A model generated the notes under the pieces. It was not told the origin of the DNA. It made no database searches and saw only the letters and a list, made by a program, of their open reading frames with translations. The translations under genes and the position numbers were made by a program. This document shows, piece after piece, positions 34,625 to 49,070 of a stretch of DNA of 64,000 bases. The stretch comes from Heterodontus francisci. Lineage: Eukaryota. Numbering within the stretch: position 1 is the first letter of the stretch; each line of letters opens with the position of its first letter. The stretch is from the NCBI RefSeq assembly GCF_036365525.1, contig NC_090387.1, positions 76,197,300-76,261,299 on the forward strand, read 5' to 3'.

Positions 34625-37600
34625 TCATACAAATTAGGAGCAGGAACAGGCCACTCGGCCTTTCCAGTCTTCTCCACCAGTCAATAAGTTCATGGATGAA
34701 CTGATTACTGCACATTTCCACCTACCTGCGATAACCTTTCACGCCCTTGCTTAAGAAGAATCCATCTACATTTGCTTAAAAATATTCAAAGACTCTGCTT
34801 CCACTGCCTTTTGAGGAAGAGAGTTCCAAATACTCACGACCCCCTAAGAGAAAAAAAACCTCTCATCTCTGTCTTAAATGGGAGACCTCTTATTTTTAAA
34901 CAGTGACCCCTAGTTCAAGATTGTCCCACAAGGGGAAACATCCTTTTCACATCCACCCTGTCAAGAGCCGTCAGGATCATATATGTTTCAAGCAAGTCGC
35001 CTCTTACTCCTCTAAATTTCAGTGGATACAAGCCTTGCCTGTCCAATCTTTCCTCGGAAGACAGCCCGCCCAGTCCAGGTATTAGTCACCGAAACCTTCC
35101 CTGTACTGCCTCCAAATAAGGAGACCAGTACTGTACACAGTACTCCAGATGTGGTCTCACCAATGCCCTCTATAGCTGAAACATAACTCCCTACTTTTGT
35201 ATTCAATTCCGCTCACGATAAATGGTAACATTCTATTTGGCTTTCCTATTTACGTGCTGTACCTGCATACTCACCTTTTGCGATTTATGCACTAGGACAT
35301 CCAGATCCTTCTGCATCTCAGAGCTCTGCAATCTCTCACCATTTAGATAATATGCTTTTTTAAATTCTTCCTGCCAAAGTGGACAATTCCCCACTTTCCC
35401 ACATTATACTCCATTTGCTAGGTCTTTTCCCACTCACTAAACCTATCTATATCCCTTTGAAGCCCCCATATGTCCTCTTCACAAGTTACTTTCCTAACTA
35501 TCTTTGTGTCAACAGCAAATTTAGCAACCATACCTTCGGTCCCTTCATCTAAGTCATTTATATAAATAGGTATACCGTTTTGGATACTGTTGGGGGGGAT
35601 GGCCTATCAGGGGAAAACAACAGCAGCAGCCAGAGCATGGCACCTTGGCAGGGAGGGACAAAGCGCAGAAGAGCAATAGTTATAGGGGACTCTATAGTCA
35701 GGGGTACAGATAGGCGCTTCTGTGCAGGGTTGGCAGCTAAATGTTCCGGGATTTAGAAGCTTCAGGCGGGATCGAGGGGGATGTAAAAGGGGTGGGGGAG
35801 TTGCATTACTGGTTAAGGAGAATATCACAGCTGTACTGCGGGAGGACACCTCGAAAAGGTCATGCAGCAAGGCAATATGGGTGGAGCTCAGGAATAGGAA
35901 GGGTGCAGTCACGATGTTGGGGGTATTGTACAGGCCTCCCAACAGCCAGCAGGAGGTAGAGGAGCAGATATGTAGACAGATTTTGGGAAGATGTAAAGGT
36001 AACAGGGTTGTAGTGGTGGGTGATTTTAACTTCCCCTGGGACTCACTTAGTGCTAGGGGCTTGGATGGGGCAGAATTTGTAAGGAGCATCCAGCAGGGCT
36101 TCTTGAAACAATATGTAGATAGTCCAACTAGGGATGGGGCCGTACTGGACCTGGTATTGAGGGGTGAGCCCGGCCAGGTAGTCGAAGTTTCAGCAGGGGA
36201 GCATTTCGGGAACAGTGACCATGATTCCATAAATTTGAAGGTACTTGTGGATAAGGATAAGAGTAGTCCTCGGGTGCAGGTGCTAAATTGGGGGAAGGCT
36301 AATTATAACAATATTAGGCAGGAACTGAAGAATTTAGATTGAGGGTGGCTGTTTGAGGGTAAATCAACATCTGACATGTGGGAGTCTTTCAAACGTCAGT
36401 TGATTAGAATCCAGGACCAGCATGTTCCTGTGAGGAAGAGGGATAAGTTTGGCAAGTTTCGGGAACCTTGGATAACGAGGGATATTGTGAGCCTCGTCAA
36501 AAAAAAGGAAGCATTCATAAGGGCTGGAAGGCTGGGAACAGACGAAGCCTTTGAGGAATACAAAGACTGTAGGAAGGAACTTAAGCAAGGAGTCAGGAGG
36601 GCTAAAAGGGGTCATGAAATGTCATTGGCAAACAGGATTAAGGAAAATCCCAAGGCTTTTTATACATATATAAAGAGCAAGAGGGTAACCAGGGAAAGGG
36701 TTGGCCCACTCAAGGACAGAGGAGGGAATCTATGTGTGGAACCAGAGGAAATGGGTGAGGAACTAAATGAGTACCTTGCATCAGTATTCACCAAAGTGAA
36801 GCACTTGGTGGATGATGAGTCGAGGAAAGGGAGTGTAGATAGTCTCGGTCATGTCGTTATCAAAAAGGAGGAGGTGTTGGGCGTCCTGCAAAGCATTAAG
36901 GTAGATAGGTCCCCAGGGCCTGATGGGATCTACCCCAGAATACTGATGGAGGCAAGGGAAGAAATTGCTGGGGCCTTGACAGAAATCTTTGTATCCTCAT
37001 TGGCTACAGGGGAGGTCCCAGAGGACTGGAGAATAGCCAATGTTGTTCCTTTGTTTAAGGAGGGTAGCAAGGATAATCCAGGAAATTATAGGCCGGTGAG
37101 CCTTACGTCAGTGGTCGGGAAATTATTAGAGAGGATTCTTCGGGACAGGCTTTACTCCCATTTGGAAACAAATGGACTTATTAGCGAGAGGCAGCATGGT
37201 TTTGTGAAGGGGAGGTCGTGTCTCACTAACTTGATTGAGTTTTTTGAGAAAGTGACGAAGATGATTGATGAAGTAAGGGCAGTGGATGTTGTCTATGTGG
37301 ACTTCAGTAAAGCCTTTGACAAGGTCCCTTATGGCAGACTGGTACAAAAGGTGAAGTCACACGGGATCAGAGGTGAGCTGGCAAGATGGATACCGAACTG
37401 GCTCTGTCATAGAAGACAGAGGGTAGCAGTGGAAGGGTGCTTTTCTGAATGGAGGGCTGTGACTAGTGGTGTTCCGCAGAGATCAGTGTGGGGACCTTTG
37501 CTGTTTGTAGTATCTATAAATGATTTGGAGGAAAATGTAGCTGGTCTGATTGGTAAGTTTGCAGATGACACAAAGGTTGGTGGAGTTGCGGATAGTGATG

Positions 37601-40440
37601 GGGATTGTCAGAGGATACAGCAGGATATCGATCTGGAGACTTGGGTGGAGAAATGGCAGATGGAGTTTAATCCAGACAAATGTGAGGTAATGCATTTTTG
37701 GAAGGTCTAATGCCTGTGGGAAGTACACAGTAAATGGCAGAACTCTTAGGAATATTGATAGGTAGAGAGATCTGGGCGTACAGGTCCACAGATCACTGAA
37801 AGTAACAACGCAGGTGGATAAGGTTGTCAAGAAGGCATACGGCATGCTTGCCTTCATTGGTCGGGGCATAGAGTATAAAAATTGGCACGTCATGCTGCAG
37901 CTGTACAGAACTTTAGTTAGGCCACACTTAGAATATTGCATGCAATACTGGTCGCCACACTACCAGAAGGACGTGGAGGCTTTGGAGAGGGTACAGAAGA
38001 GGTTTACCAGGATGTCACCTGGTCTGGGGGGCATTAGCTATGAGGAGAGGTTGGATAAGCTCGGATTGTTTTCACTGGAACAACAGAGGTGGAGGGGCGA
38101 TATGATAGAGGTTTACAAAGTTATGAGCGGCATGGACAGAGTGGATAGTCAGAAGCTTTTTCCCAGGGTGGAAGAGTCAGTTACTAGGGGACATAGGATT
38201 AAGGTGCGAGGGGCAAGGTTTAGAGGGGATGTGCGAGGCAAGTTCTTTACACAGAGGGTGGTGAGTGCCTGGAACTTGCTGCCGGGGGAGGTGGTGGAAG
38301 CAGGCACGATAGAGATGTTTAAAAGGCATCTTGACAAATACATGAATAGGAAGGGAATAGAGGGATACGGTCCCCGGAAGTGCAGAAGGTGTTAGTTTAG
38401 ACAGGCTTCGTGATCAGCGCAGGCTTGGAGGGCCGAATGACCTGTTCCTGTGCTGTACTGTTCTTTGTTCTTTGCTCTTGTTCTGTGTAAAAAGTTGAGG
38501 TCCCAGCACAGATCCCTGTGACACACCACTCGTTACATTTTGCCAACCAGAAAATGACCCATTTATGTCTATTCACTGTTTCCTGCTAGCTAGCCAATCT
38601 TCTATCCATGCCAATATGTTACCCCCTACATTATGAGCTTTTATTTTCTGCAATACTCTTTGATGTGGCAGCTTATCAAATGCCTTCTGGAAATCTAAGT
38701 ACAATACATCGACCGGTTCACCTTTCTCCACAGCACATGTAACTCCCTCAAAGAACTTCAATAAATTGGTTAAACATGATTTCCCTTTCACAAAACCATG
38801 TTGACTCTGCCTGATTACCTTGATTTTTCTTTCTAAATGCCCTGCTATAGCATCTTTAATAATAGCTACTAACATTTTCCCTAAAACAGATGTTAAGCTA
38901 ACTGGCCTGTCGTTTCCTGTTTTCTGTCTCCCTTCCTTTTTGAATAAAGGAGTTACATTTGCTATTTTCCAATCTAACAGAACCTTGCCCGATTCTAGGA
39001 AATTTTAGAAAATTAAAATGAACACATCAACTCTCTCACTAGCCGCGTCTTTTAACACCGTAGGGTGAAGTCCATCAGGACCCGGGGACTTGTCAGCCCG
39101 CAGCTCCAACAGTTTGTTAGGTACAACTTCCCTGGTGATTGTAATTTTCTTGAATTCCTCTCTCCCTTCCAGTTCCCGATTTACAGCTAATACTCCTCCA
39201 CCTTTTCCTCAATAGTGAAGACAGTTGCAAAATATCTGTTCAATTCACATGGCATCTCCTTATTATTCATTATTCATTCCCCAGACTCACTTACTATAGG
39301 ACCATCGTGCACTTTGTTAACTCTTCTCTTTTTAAAATATTTATAGAAACTCGTACTCTCTGTCTTTATATTGGTAGCTAGCTTTCTCTGGAACTCTAAT
39401 TTTACCTTTCTTATTATGTTTCTAGTCATTCTTTGCTGTGTTTTATATTCTGTCCAATCTTCTGACCTGCCTCCCATCTTGGTGCAATTATAGGCTTTTT
39501 CCTTAAGTTTGAAACTATCTTTCACTGTTTTAGTTAACCACGGATGGTGGCTCTCACCTTTGGAATGTTTCTTTCTCGTTGAAATGTATCTATTCCGTGT
39601 ATTCTGAAATATCCCCTTAAATGTCTGCCGCTGCATCTCTATTGACCTATCTCTTAATCTAATTTGCCAGTTCACTTTAGCTAGCTCTACTTTCATGCTC
39701 TCATAATTGCCCTTATTTAAGTTTAACTCTTCTCTCCAGTCCACTCTTTTCTCCTTCAAACTGAATGTAAATTTGGATCGCTACTACCTAGGGGTGCCTT
39801 AACTATGAGGTCATTCATTAATCCTATCACGTTGCACAATACCAGGTCTAGTGTAGCCTGCTCTCTGGTTGGCTCCAGACCATATTGTTCCAAGAAATTA
39901 TCCCGAAAACATTCTATGTACTTCTCATCTATGCTACCTCTCCACATCTGATTTTTCCAGTCTATATGTAGGTTAACCGTGCCCCCCCCCCCCCCACCAT
40001 TGTTATCGCTGTACCTTTCTGACAAGCTGCCGTTAGTTCTTTTATACCCCGTCCCACTGTGTGGTTAATGTTAGGTGGCCTGTACACCACTACTAGAAGT
40101 GACTTCTTGCCTTTATGATTTCTCATTCCTACCCAAACTGCTTCTACATCCTGGTCTCCTGAACTTAGGTCATCACTCTCTATTGTGCTAATACCATCAT
40201 TAGTTAACAGAGCTACCCCTCTACCTTTTCCTAGCTTCCTGTCTTCCTAAATGCCATGTACCTTCAAGATTCAGGTCCCAATCTATGTCGCCCTGCATCG
40301 TGTCTCTGTACTGGCTGTCAGATCGTACTTATTTATTTCTATTTGCGCTCTCAGTTCATCTGTTTTGTTTTGAATGCGACATGCATTCAGATAGTGCTTT
40401 TAGTTTTGTCCTTTTATTAGTTTTGTAACCTCTGGCCTTA
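34625..40440 (-). mobile_element. Older CR1 (endonuclease and RT remnants) split by a younger CR1
   Basis: Minus-strand ORF2 remnants (38573-38875, 39274-40025) and 3' tail near 34630; the sequence is continuous across the 35568-38485 insertion. Confidence 0.88.
35568..38485 (+). mobile_element. CR1 with ORF1 esterase remnant and near-complete, disrupted ORF2
   Basis: AIVIGDSIVRGTDRRFC (GDS esterase motif) joined by a deletion to the endonuclease; ORFs 35722-36342, 36376-37710 and 37814-38395; (TTGTTC)n tail. Confidence 0.93.
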
Positions 40441-41507
40441 TCTGTTGATTTAGTTTTACATTTGTACGCGATCAGTGGGACTGGACTCCTTTTATTTCTA
40501 AAGTCAGTATATTATAATATGTACCAAACAATGGCAACTGTAATTCAGTAATGCAATTTATAGAGAAAACAAATCCTATTCCGTAAAGGCAGAGGAAGCT
40601 TCTCTCTGCACGTGATGGTTGTTTATTAAGAGTAAAGAGAGTTACACTTTTTTACCTAGCTGTGCGACACCAGACTGATGCGCAACGGCTGCAAAGGTGG
40701 CAAAGTCATTCATTCTTCAGCGCTGACATGCCTCCGCAGTCAGAGAATACCCGCTGCAACTTTCAGTAGGTAACAAGCAACTTGCATTTATACAGCGCCT
40801 TTAACATCGTAAAACGTCAAAAGGCACTTCACAGATATGCAACAAACAAAATTTTAAACCGAGCCACATAAGGGGATATGAGGACAGCTGGAGATAGAGT
40901 TCAAGGAGCGTCTTAAACGAGAGAGAAATAGAGCGCCGGGGAGGTCGGGAATTTTAAAGTTTAGGATGTAGACAAATGAAGGCATGGTGCTCAGAGAACA
41001 GATTAACATAATGATATTTCCATATATTCAATTTAAATTCAAGGGATGTAAAGTGACTCTGATAGAACCGATCCATTTTAAGTTCCGAAGAAGGGTCACT
41101 GACCCGAAACGTTAATCTGTTTCTCTTTCCACAGATGCTGCCAGACCTGCTGAGTGGTTCCAGCATTTCTTGTTTTTATTTCAGATATCCAGCATCCGCT
41201 GGATTTTGCTTCCATTTTATGTGTAATTTCATTTTATTTGGCAAGAATTTGACGAGGATTAATCTTTCAAGTTTTAAGCAGCTCGCACATCAACCTCCCG
41301 TTTCAGATCGCTTCAGGGAAATACTTTCCTTCCTTCACCTACTTGGAATATTTTATTTCGTTCTCATTAATGTGGCATTGAGAGTAAATACAGTCCACAT
41401 TCACTCCGTATCTTCGAGCTTGAGCAGTGTTCCAGTTACATGTCTAATCAGTAAATACAGATTGAAGTAATTACCACGTTCCCCGCTGTATATATTTTCA
41501 AACGTAC

Positions 41508-41804
41508 CTCGATTGACGGTGTAGTTGACACTGGCAGGTACCACAAGAGAGACATGAGATGCCAGGCAGGTGTAAACAACTTCATTCGGGGCAGGTTGTA
41601 CTTCTTCCAAAAAACTGGAAACCTCATAAAGTCCTTCCGCGCTCTTGTTTTTCACAGTTTCTATTCCGCTCAAAATTTCGACACCATCCCTTAACCAGGA
41701 GATTTCTAAATGCTCCGGGTAAAAGGCAGCCGTTTTACACTCGAGTTTCAGAGAAGTCGAAGAAATTCCTTCAAGAGGAGCGATTTTCAGGGGGGTCGGG
41801 GGAG
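41508..41804 (-). CDS. Gene A exon 3: C1-set Ig domain
   Basis: Acceptor TTTTATCTGTTAAAG, donor GTACGT, 297 nt, phase 1-1; PPTPLKI...LECKTAAFYPEHLEISW...GLYEVSS...YTCLASHVSL, with C1 hallmarks CxxxxFYP and YxCxxxHxSL. Confidence 0.92.
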
Positions 41805-44800
41805 CTTTAACAGATAAAATAAGATTTTTTTAATTTAAAGAAACACATTCTAATTTTCTACCCTCCTTATGCTGTTACACCCTACGGTTACCATACTTAT
41901 CGGTGCTGTCGTTCTTTAAATTTCATGTTTACACTTATTTTATAAATTGTTGTACGGCACACAGCAAAATGACCGGATGCAAACGATGCACAAAGAGGAT
42001 GAATCCCAAGGGCTGGTTACAATCAGGGAAGCAGACGCCACTGCTCTGAATGGAAGTATCAGATCCTGGCCCGGGATTGGGGTTGGCAGTAGTGACCCCA
42101 AGTGAAATTCCTGTCCGACTATATCGGAGTGAGCGCAAACCAGTTCATACGAACAGCGGAATCGTCTCTCGTTATTCTGTAAGAATCATTGCTGTACTAA
42201 ATAGTTGTGTGTTTATTTCAAAACTGGTTGCTTTTCGAATATTTCATGTATTTCAAAATATTGAGAAGATGATGTGTGTAATCAAAATATCTCTGATGTC
42301 GATATTGAATACAGACAGGATGTTGTTATATGTACAGATTAGAATCCGTGCATTACAACATTTCAGCGTCTGTGGTGGAGATTTCAGATCGTGCAGCTTT
42401 CACCTTAGGAACTTTCTCTAGAGGGGGAACTGAGGGCTGAAACATTTTTCACCTTATGAAAGGGTTATATTGGTAATTATATATTAATGTGTAGAACGCA
42501 ACATCCATACAGAAGAGGGAAACGGAATGGGAAATCCTAACTCAAAGTGAATGTATTATATAATTCCAGGGTTTTCGCCTTTCTCCAAGTTCATTCGGTC
42601 TGTTGAACACGTTTAACACGGAGAAGATTCTGCTTATATCAGTCCTACATTTACCATTTACTAATACGAACTTGTGTCCGCTCGATCTACAGTCACTGTT
42701 TAGCTGGAAGCACAGGCCCTTTATTAGCTTTGCGTTGTTTTGCCAATTTATTACGATCTCCTTAACATTTTTTCTTTCCACATTTACTTTTCCGACGTTG
42801 TAGTATTAGAAAATTATAAAATTAGGGACATTATTAACTTGCAAAATTATATTTACCGTTATTCCAAACAAAGGCTTAGAATTCCTCCATTCATTTCCCA
42901 TGGATTTGCTTTAGAGATAATGTGCAATGCGGTAGAATTTCAGTGGAGGACCCGGTGTTTTTTTGATCTCTTGCCGTAATTTCGTGTGGGGTTTGGGGAG
43001 TGTAAATGGAAATCATGAATGACAAATACGGAGCCCAGGCGTTTATACAAATGTTTAGTAACATCCTTCCAGTACTTGACGGGTTGCGAGTGTATAAAAG
43101 AAAATCCAATTGGCGTACGACAAAGGTTCAAACACAGGCATTGGGTCGCATCACTGTTCAGCAAGCTGGAGGACTTGGGCTGGAATCCAGCATTTTGGGC
43201 AAGATCAACATTTCCCTTCTCACTAGGTTGTAGGAATCTTTTGTGAAAAGAGTTTGGTAGCTCAAGCAAGTTATCAATGGACACAAGTGCATAGCATAAA
43301 TTACGGACATAGGAACAGGAGTAGGCCATGCAGCCCCTCGAGATCCATTTTCCCAACTTAATTCATTTCTCTTGATACGCATACCTAACACAATCTATCC
43401 ACCTCAAATATCGGACAATTCGGGATAGAAAGTATTACGTAGGCAATTTTGAGCAGTGGATAGTTATCTGGTGCGAGAAATATTCACGGCGGTAGTAGGA
43501 AAGTATTCACCTGGGTTTGTAACGAGTCACATTATTGGGGCGGATTCGATGACCTTGGAGGTGTTAACATTGTTCCCATTGTTGCGCTTTGGCAACGTTA
43601 TATCGTGAGAAGGAACCTGGCCACCTTATCTTATTGATTAATTTCAAACTAAGGTTTAAACATTTTTCACTATCTTGGCTTAATAACAATTGTACCTGCA
43701 TCAAAATCACTCATTGGGTGAAAAGCATTTTGGAATGTTATGAGGACAATGAGCGGGTGAAATTGGTCTCAGGCGGTAGCGCAAAACTGCCGATAGCGAA
43801 TCGGAGAAACACAATATCTAATTTTTCAATGCATAACAGTTGTAGAATCTTCTAAAATATGATCTAAGTTATTCTGAAACGGTAGCGTATACCGCCTAAA
43901 GGTACCTGGCGAAACCGTGCCCAAATAGCCATGTACTGATCTGAAGCTCTCACTGCCATGTTGCAAACAACACGTTAGTTAGCCACTTTCTGTAAATGAG
44001 AATGGTAACCTAAATGGTTTGGCAAGAAATGGATTTCATCGATTATTATATGAAACATGTAACCATGACATGAAGTATCACATGACTCCGACGGCGTATT
44101 GAGTCCGGTTATATATATCTTCTGCGTGGGAGTCTGGGAAGTAGGAGGTCACCTGCTGGCAGAAAAATTTCCATCGAAAAAACAATGCTTTTACAACTGC
44201 TCCCGACCCTTCGATCCAACAATCTTCCATTCCAATACCTGTCTTTGATTATCTTCTCAATCCTGAAAGTGACGATTCAGGCCGCAGGCGTGGCAGTCCA
44301 CCCACAGCTCATCTCAGGGAATCTTCTTCATGCAGGAGCATGGACAGTGAGAGTACAAATATTTAGTTCTGGGCGCTCAAAGTCTAGTGCGATCGTGATC
44401 TCTCCCAGCCTCCATGCAACCGGACTTCCAGCGGAAGTCACTAGAGTAGCAATTAGAATTATTAACCCTGCTCATCGCTCTTTCTCCACTCCAAAGTTGG
44501 TGAGGCCTATTTTAGCTTCGTTCAAGCCAGAAATGAAATTTTGGACCTATATCCACGTGGTTCAATGTTACAGTTATTCTTTCCCCCGAAATATACTTTA
44601 TGTATAAAAAATTGCGAAAATACACTACAAAACAGTTCACATTTCACATTTCGGGAGGCACAACCGAGATCAGATTTATTTGATACAGAAAACATGAAGT
44701 GCCTCACAATTTTTGCCATTCCATTTTAAATGCAATGTTCATTGGCATTACATAGCAAAGAACATTTTGTTGCATTCAGCCGGAGGGGTTTAACACAGGT

Positions 44801-47519
44801 TCCAGACCCTCAGTTTACTATACTATGCTTTTCTACAGTGAAAGGTCATGAACGGCGCTATGCAAACTTGCTTTCTTTTGTTCAAATGATGCCTTTTCAC
44901 CTTCCAGATACGATGGGTATTTTTCAATGATGTTGATCTGCAACGCACATACCGCCATGTTAACTATAGCGGCCATTAGTGAAAGGTTGGGCAATTTGCT
45001 GACTGTGAGGGATTAGATCGGACATATCTATCAGAAGCACCGCAAATGCTGAATTACTGAATTTTTTTAGGTGAGAGAAATGATTGGGGGTTATAAGGAT
45101 AGAGACGGATTTTCTGTAAACTTTGGGACAGACTCAATATTCTCTTCCTTTCCTCTATATTGGTATGTTTTTAAATCCAATATACACAATTAACTAACAG
45201 GATATGCAAATCGATCACATCAATCATAAATAAATAGTTTTGCCTTTAATTTTAATGTAAGTAATTATTTTGATAGTTTAGGGATGTTATTGCAGCAATA
45301 AAGCTACTGCTGAGTAGTTTTATCCCGAAGTACTGATGAAGCTCTCCATTGCAGAGGTGTTTTATTTTTTTACCAAGAGATAATGAACTTCTGTGTCTCT
45401 TCAGGTGGACATAAAAGATCCCATGCCACATAGAGTTCTCCTGCTGTTCTGACCAACATTGCTATCTACAGATTATCTTGTTTTTTATCTCATTGCTATT
45501 TGTGTGACCTTTCAGTTTGCTGATTGCCGTTTTCTCTCTACATTACAACAGTGAGAACACTTCAAAAGTAAAACATTTGGAACACCTTGATGTGAAAAAC
45601 GCTTTACATGTACTGTTTTGCTTTTATTTACATATACTGTTTATCTGTTTTATGCTGCTGTTAGTGTGATCTTGCTGTGTGCAAATTTGCTTCTAGTTTT
45701 GCCTATTTCAAAAGTAATCAGTATGAGGCGCTTTGGGACATTTCATAAGCGAGGCAATGAGGTGTTATAAATGAATGTAAGTCATTCTTTCTCTCATCGT
45801 AGTGGCATATCGGAAACCCTGCAAACTTGATGGGAATTTGGGATTTACCAAGCATTCCTGGAAGTTAGAGAATGAAATATTATACATATTATTAGGATGG
45901 GTGAGTCACGGGGTATCGTTAGTGTTACAGGATTAAGCTGCAAAGTTATTTTTCACGGAAAACTATTTCCACTTCACAATGTAAATCTAGAGCCAGGACT
46001 CAACAGGAATCCAGAACAATGGATGGGAGTTCCACTTCTGAGTTCCAGGCGATTTGACATCACTACCCTTTACACAGCGTCTCCTGGGCTGTGGCAGCCA
46101 GCTATGGTACATGACGACATTGGTAGTGGCCCGTTGTTTGCCTTCTTTTTACAGAAAGTAACTAAGTGAACAGGAGAGATACGTACCTTATAGCACGACC
46201 CCGCATCATATTGCTGGTGCTTTGGTCAATATTCACCCCTCAACCAACTTCACCAAAACAAGTGATTTGGTCATTATAATGTTGCTGTTTGTGGAACGTT
46301 GCTGTGCGCAATATGGCTACATTTCCTACATGACAACAGTGACAACACATCAAAAATACTTAATTGGCTGTAAAGCGCTTTGGGACTTCAAACGGTCGTG
46401 AAATGAGCTATATCAATACAAGTTCTTTTTTTCTTTCGCTAATTTTGCCAGTGCTATTTCAATATGATTTCTCCGGACCTTATTGATTTTATAGTGATTA
46501 TCGCCAAAAGTCATAAACTCTACGACGTTCTCACCGAAAGAGCTCCATATCTCTGAAGTTAATTACATTTAACATTGACATTTAGCTGATACCGTAATGA
46601 TTGCTTAGCATTTTATTTGTCAGAATCAGCAAGCCCGGGAATCGCTAAACATAGACATTGCAGAACAACTATAGAAATGTTTGGTTGCGAGATTTTAAAT
46701 ATATTTCTTAAATTATACTTTTTTTGAACGTCGAACCAGGTAATGCAAGCACTGTGCAACTTGCATGGCCTGAGACGAGCACAGCCGCTGCCACAAAATA
46801 TTTCCATTATGCCACGAGCAGAATCGCCTTGCAGCTCTAGTCTGCCAGTGATTGCAATTTCGCATTAGCTCAAACTACGATTGTACTTTGTGGTAAGTGA
46901 TTGGCTAAATGAAAAAAACTTCAAGATGAGATTTTTTTCATATAAGAGATGCAAAAGTTCACACTTGAGCAACTGCAAACGCGTATTACAAATAGAAATC
47001 TAAAATAGATGTCTCTGTGGCGAGAACGCTTCATCAGAATGGAAGATGTTACAGATAGGAAGCATTTAAAAAGGAGCAGAACAAATGGTAATTAGAGGCA
47101 AACCCACACATAAAGACACCCACATAGACACACAAATGCACACCGTGCAACAAGTCGCTTTTGTATAGCGCTTTCAAAGTCGTAAGCTAGTAAAAAGCGC
47201 TTCATAGCGAACATTAACAAACAGATTTTAACACTGAACACCGTAAGGTCCTGGTGAGCAACAGCTTTTAACGGAGGAAGGAGAGGCAGAGATATTTCAG
47301 GTTGGAATTCCAGAGCCTAGGGCCTCGGCAGCTGAAGACACGGCCACCAATGGGGCAGCGATGTAAGTTGGGGATGGAAAAGAAGCGAGAATTCGAGGAG
47401 GTCCAAGGCCCTGGGGGGATTTGAAAATAAAGATGAGAATTTCAAACTAAAGGCGTTACAGGACCCGGGGGCAGTGTAGGTCACCAAGCATAAGGAATGA
47501 ATGCTATTTGGCGTGAATT

Positions 47520-47845
47520 ATACATACACACATACATACAAATACACGTAATCACACGGAGACACACATATATACATGCACACACATTCACATATACACA
47601 CAGACGCACACATACACGTACAAACTCATACATGCACCTATTAAAAAAGACTTGTAGTTATATAGCACCTTTAATGATCCAGGAATCCCAAAGCACTTAA
47701 CAGCCAATGAAGTGTAGTCACTGTTGTAATGCAAGAATACACACACACACTCGCACACACACCCATATACACCCACAAACACCAAAACACATGCACACAC
47801 ATGCATACACATGCACGTATATGCACACATACACATACACACACA
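47520..47845. repeat. Degenerate (CA/TA)n microsatellite region
   Basis: CACACA/CATACA-rich tracts flanking a SINE tail; a perfect (CA)n also occurs at 29166-29189 in the gene A 3' UTR. Confidence 0.85.
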
Positions 47846-48519
47846 GATGGGAGAATGGTGAAGTCTTGAAATGGAAATGGGATCATTTTCCTTCCTCGCT
47901 CATGCAATATATTTATTTTCCCTTCACTCTTCCCTTCGTTCCATTCCCATTTTATCTGCAACATCCTGTTTGAATATGTCCAATCAGATTCCCACCCTAC
48001 CACAGCTCCGAAACAGCCCTAATCAAGTTCGCAAATGACATTTTGTGATGGCAACCTCATTACAAATAACACTTCATTACAAATACTGTCTACTTCTACC
48101 TCTGTAACATTACCTGACTTCACCCTACTTCAACCCTCTGCAGCAGAATCAGTTATCGATGCCTTGCTGACCTATATTGTTGATCAATGGAAGCTAATGG
48201 GAATAAAAATCCGAAGAAACGTAAAACAGGCTGCTGATCCACTTACACCATTGCATATAGTCCTGATCTACCTAATTACACAAATGAACACCAACATCCA
48301 ATTTGCATAAACTTTAGCTCATCCAAAACACTGCTGACCATATCCTATCCCATACCAAGTTGTGCTCACCCATCATGCCTATCCTGGCTGACCGACATTG
48401 GTTTCTCACTGCCCCCCATCTGCCCGCATCCTCTCCACATCCCTCAGTGTCTCAAATTTAAGATTCCCATCCTCATTTACATTCTTTCATGGCTCTGTTC
48501 TTCTCTATCTAGAACCAAC

Positions 48520-49070
48520 GAACCATAAATAAATTACGGCATAGAAAGAGGCCATTCAGCCCATCGAGTCTGCTCCCGCTGAAAAAACTAGCCACACAAT
48601 CTAATCCCCCCTTCCAGCACCTGGCCCGTAGCCTTGCAGGTTACAGCACTTCAGGTGCATGTCCAGGTATGTTTTAAAAGAATTGAGGGTTTCTGCCTCC
48701 GCTACCATTCCTGGCAGTGAATTCCAGACACCCACCACCCTCTGGGTGAAAAAGCTTTTCCTCATGTCCCCTCTAATCCTTCTGCCAGTCAGCTTAAATC
48801 TGTGCCCCCTGGTAATTGACTTCTCCTCATAATCTTGGACACCTCCATTAATTCATCCCCTCAGCCTCCTCGGTTCTAAGAAAAACAACTCTCGCCCATC
48901 CAATCTTTCCTCATAGCTGCAACTTTCAAGCCCTGGCAACATTCTTGTAAATCTCCTCTGTACTCTCTCCAGAGCAACAATGTCCTTCATGTAATGTGGT
49001 GACCAGAACTGTACGCAATACTCCAACTGTGACCTAACCAGCATTTTATACAGTTCCAGTATTACATCTC
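48520..49070 (-). mobile_element. CR1 3' fragment
   Basis: LVRSQLEYCVQFWSPHY ORF at 48853-49044 and reverse CR1 tail; embedded in L2-like remnants (~47990-49330); another old CR1 lies at ~49460-50350. Confidence 0.8.

Noticed and set aside
44185-44607. 140-aa ORF in gene A intron 2
   Set aside because: No recognisable domain or convincing splice context on either strand; likely a chance ORF
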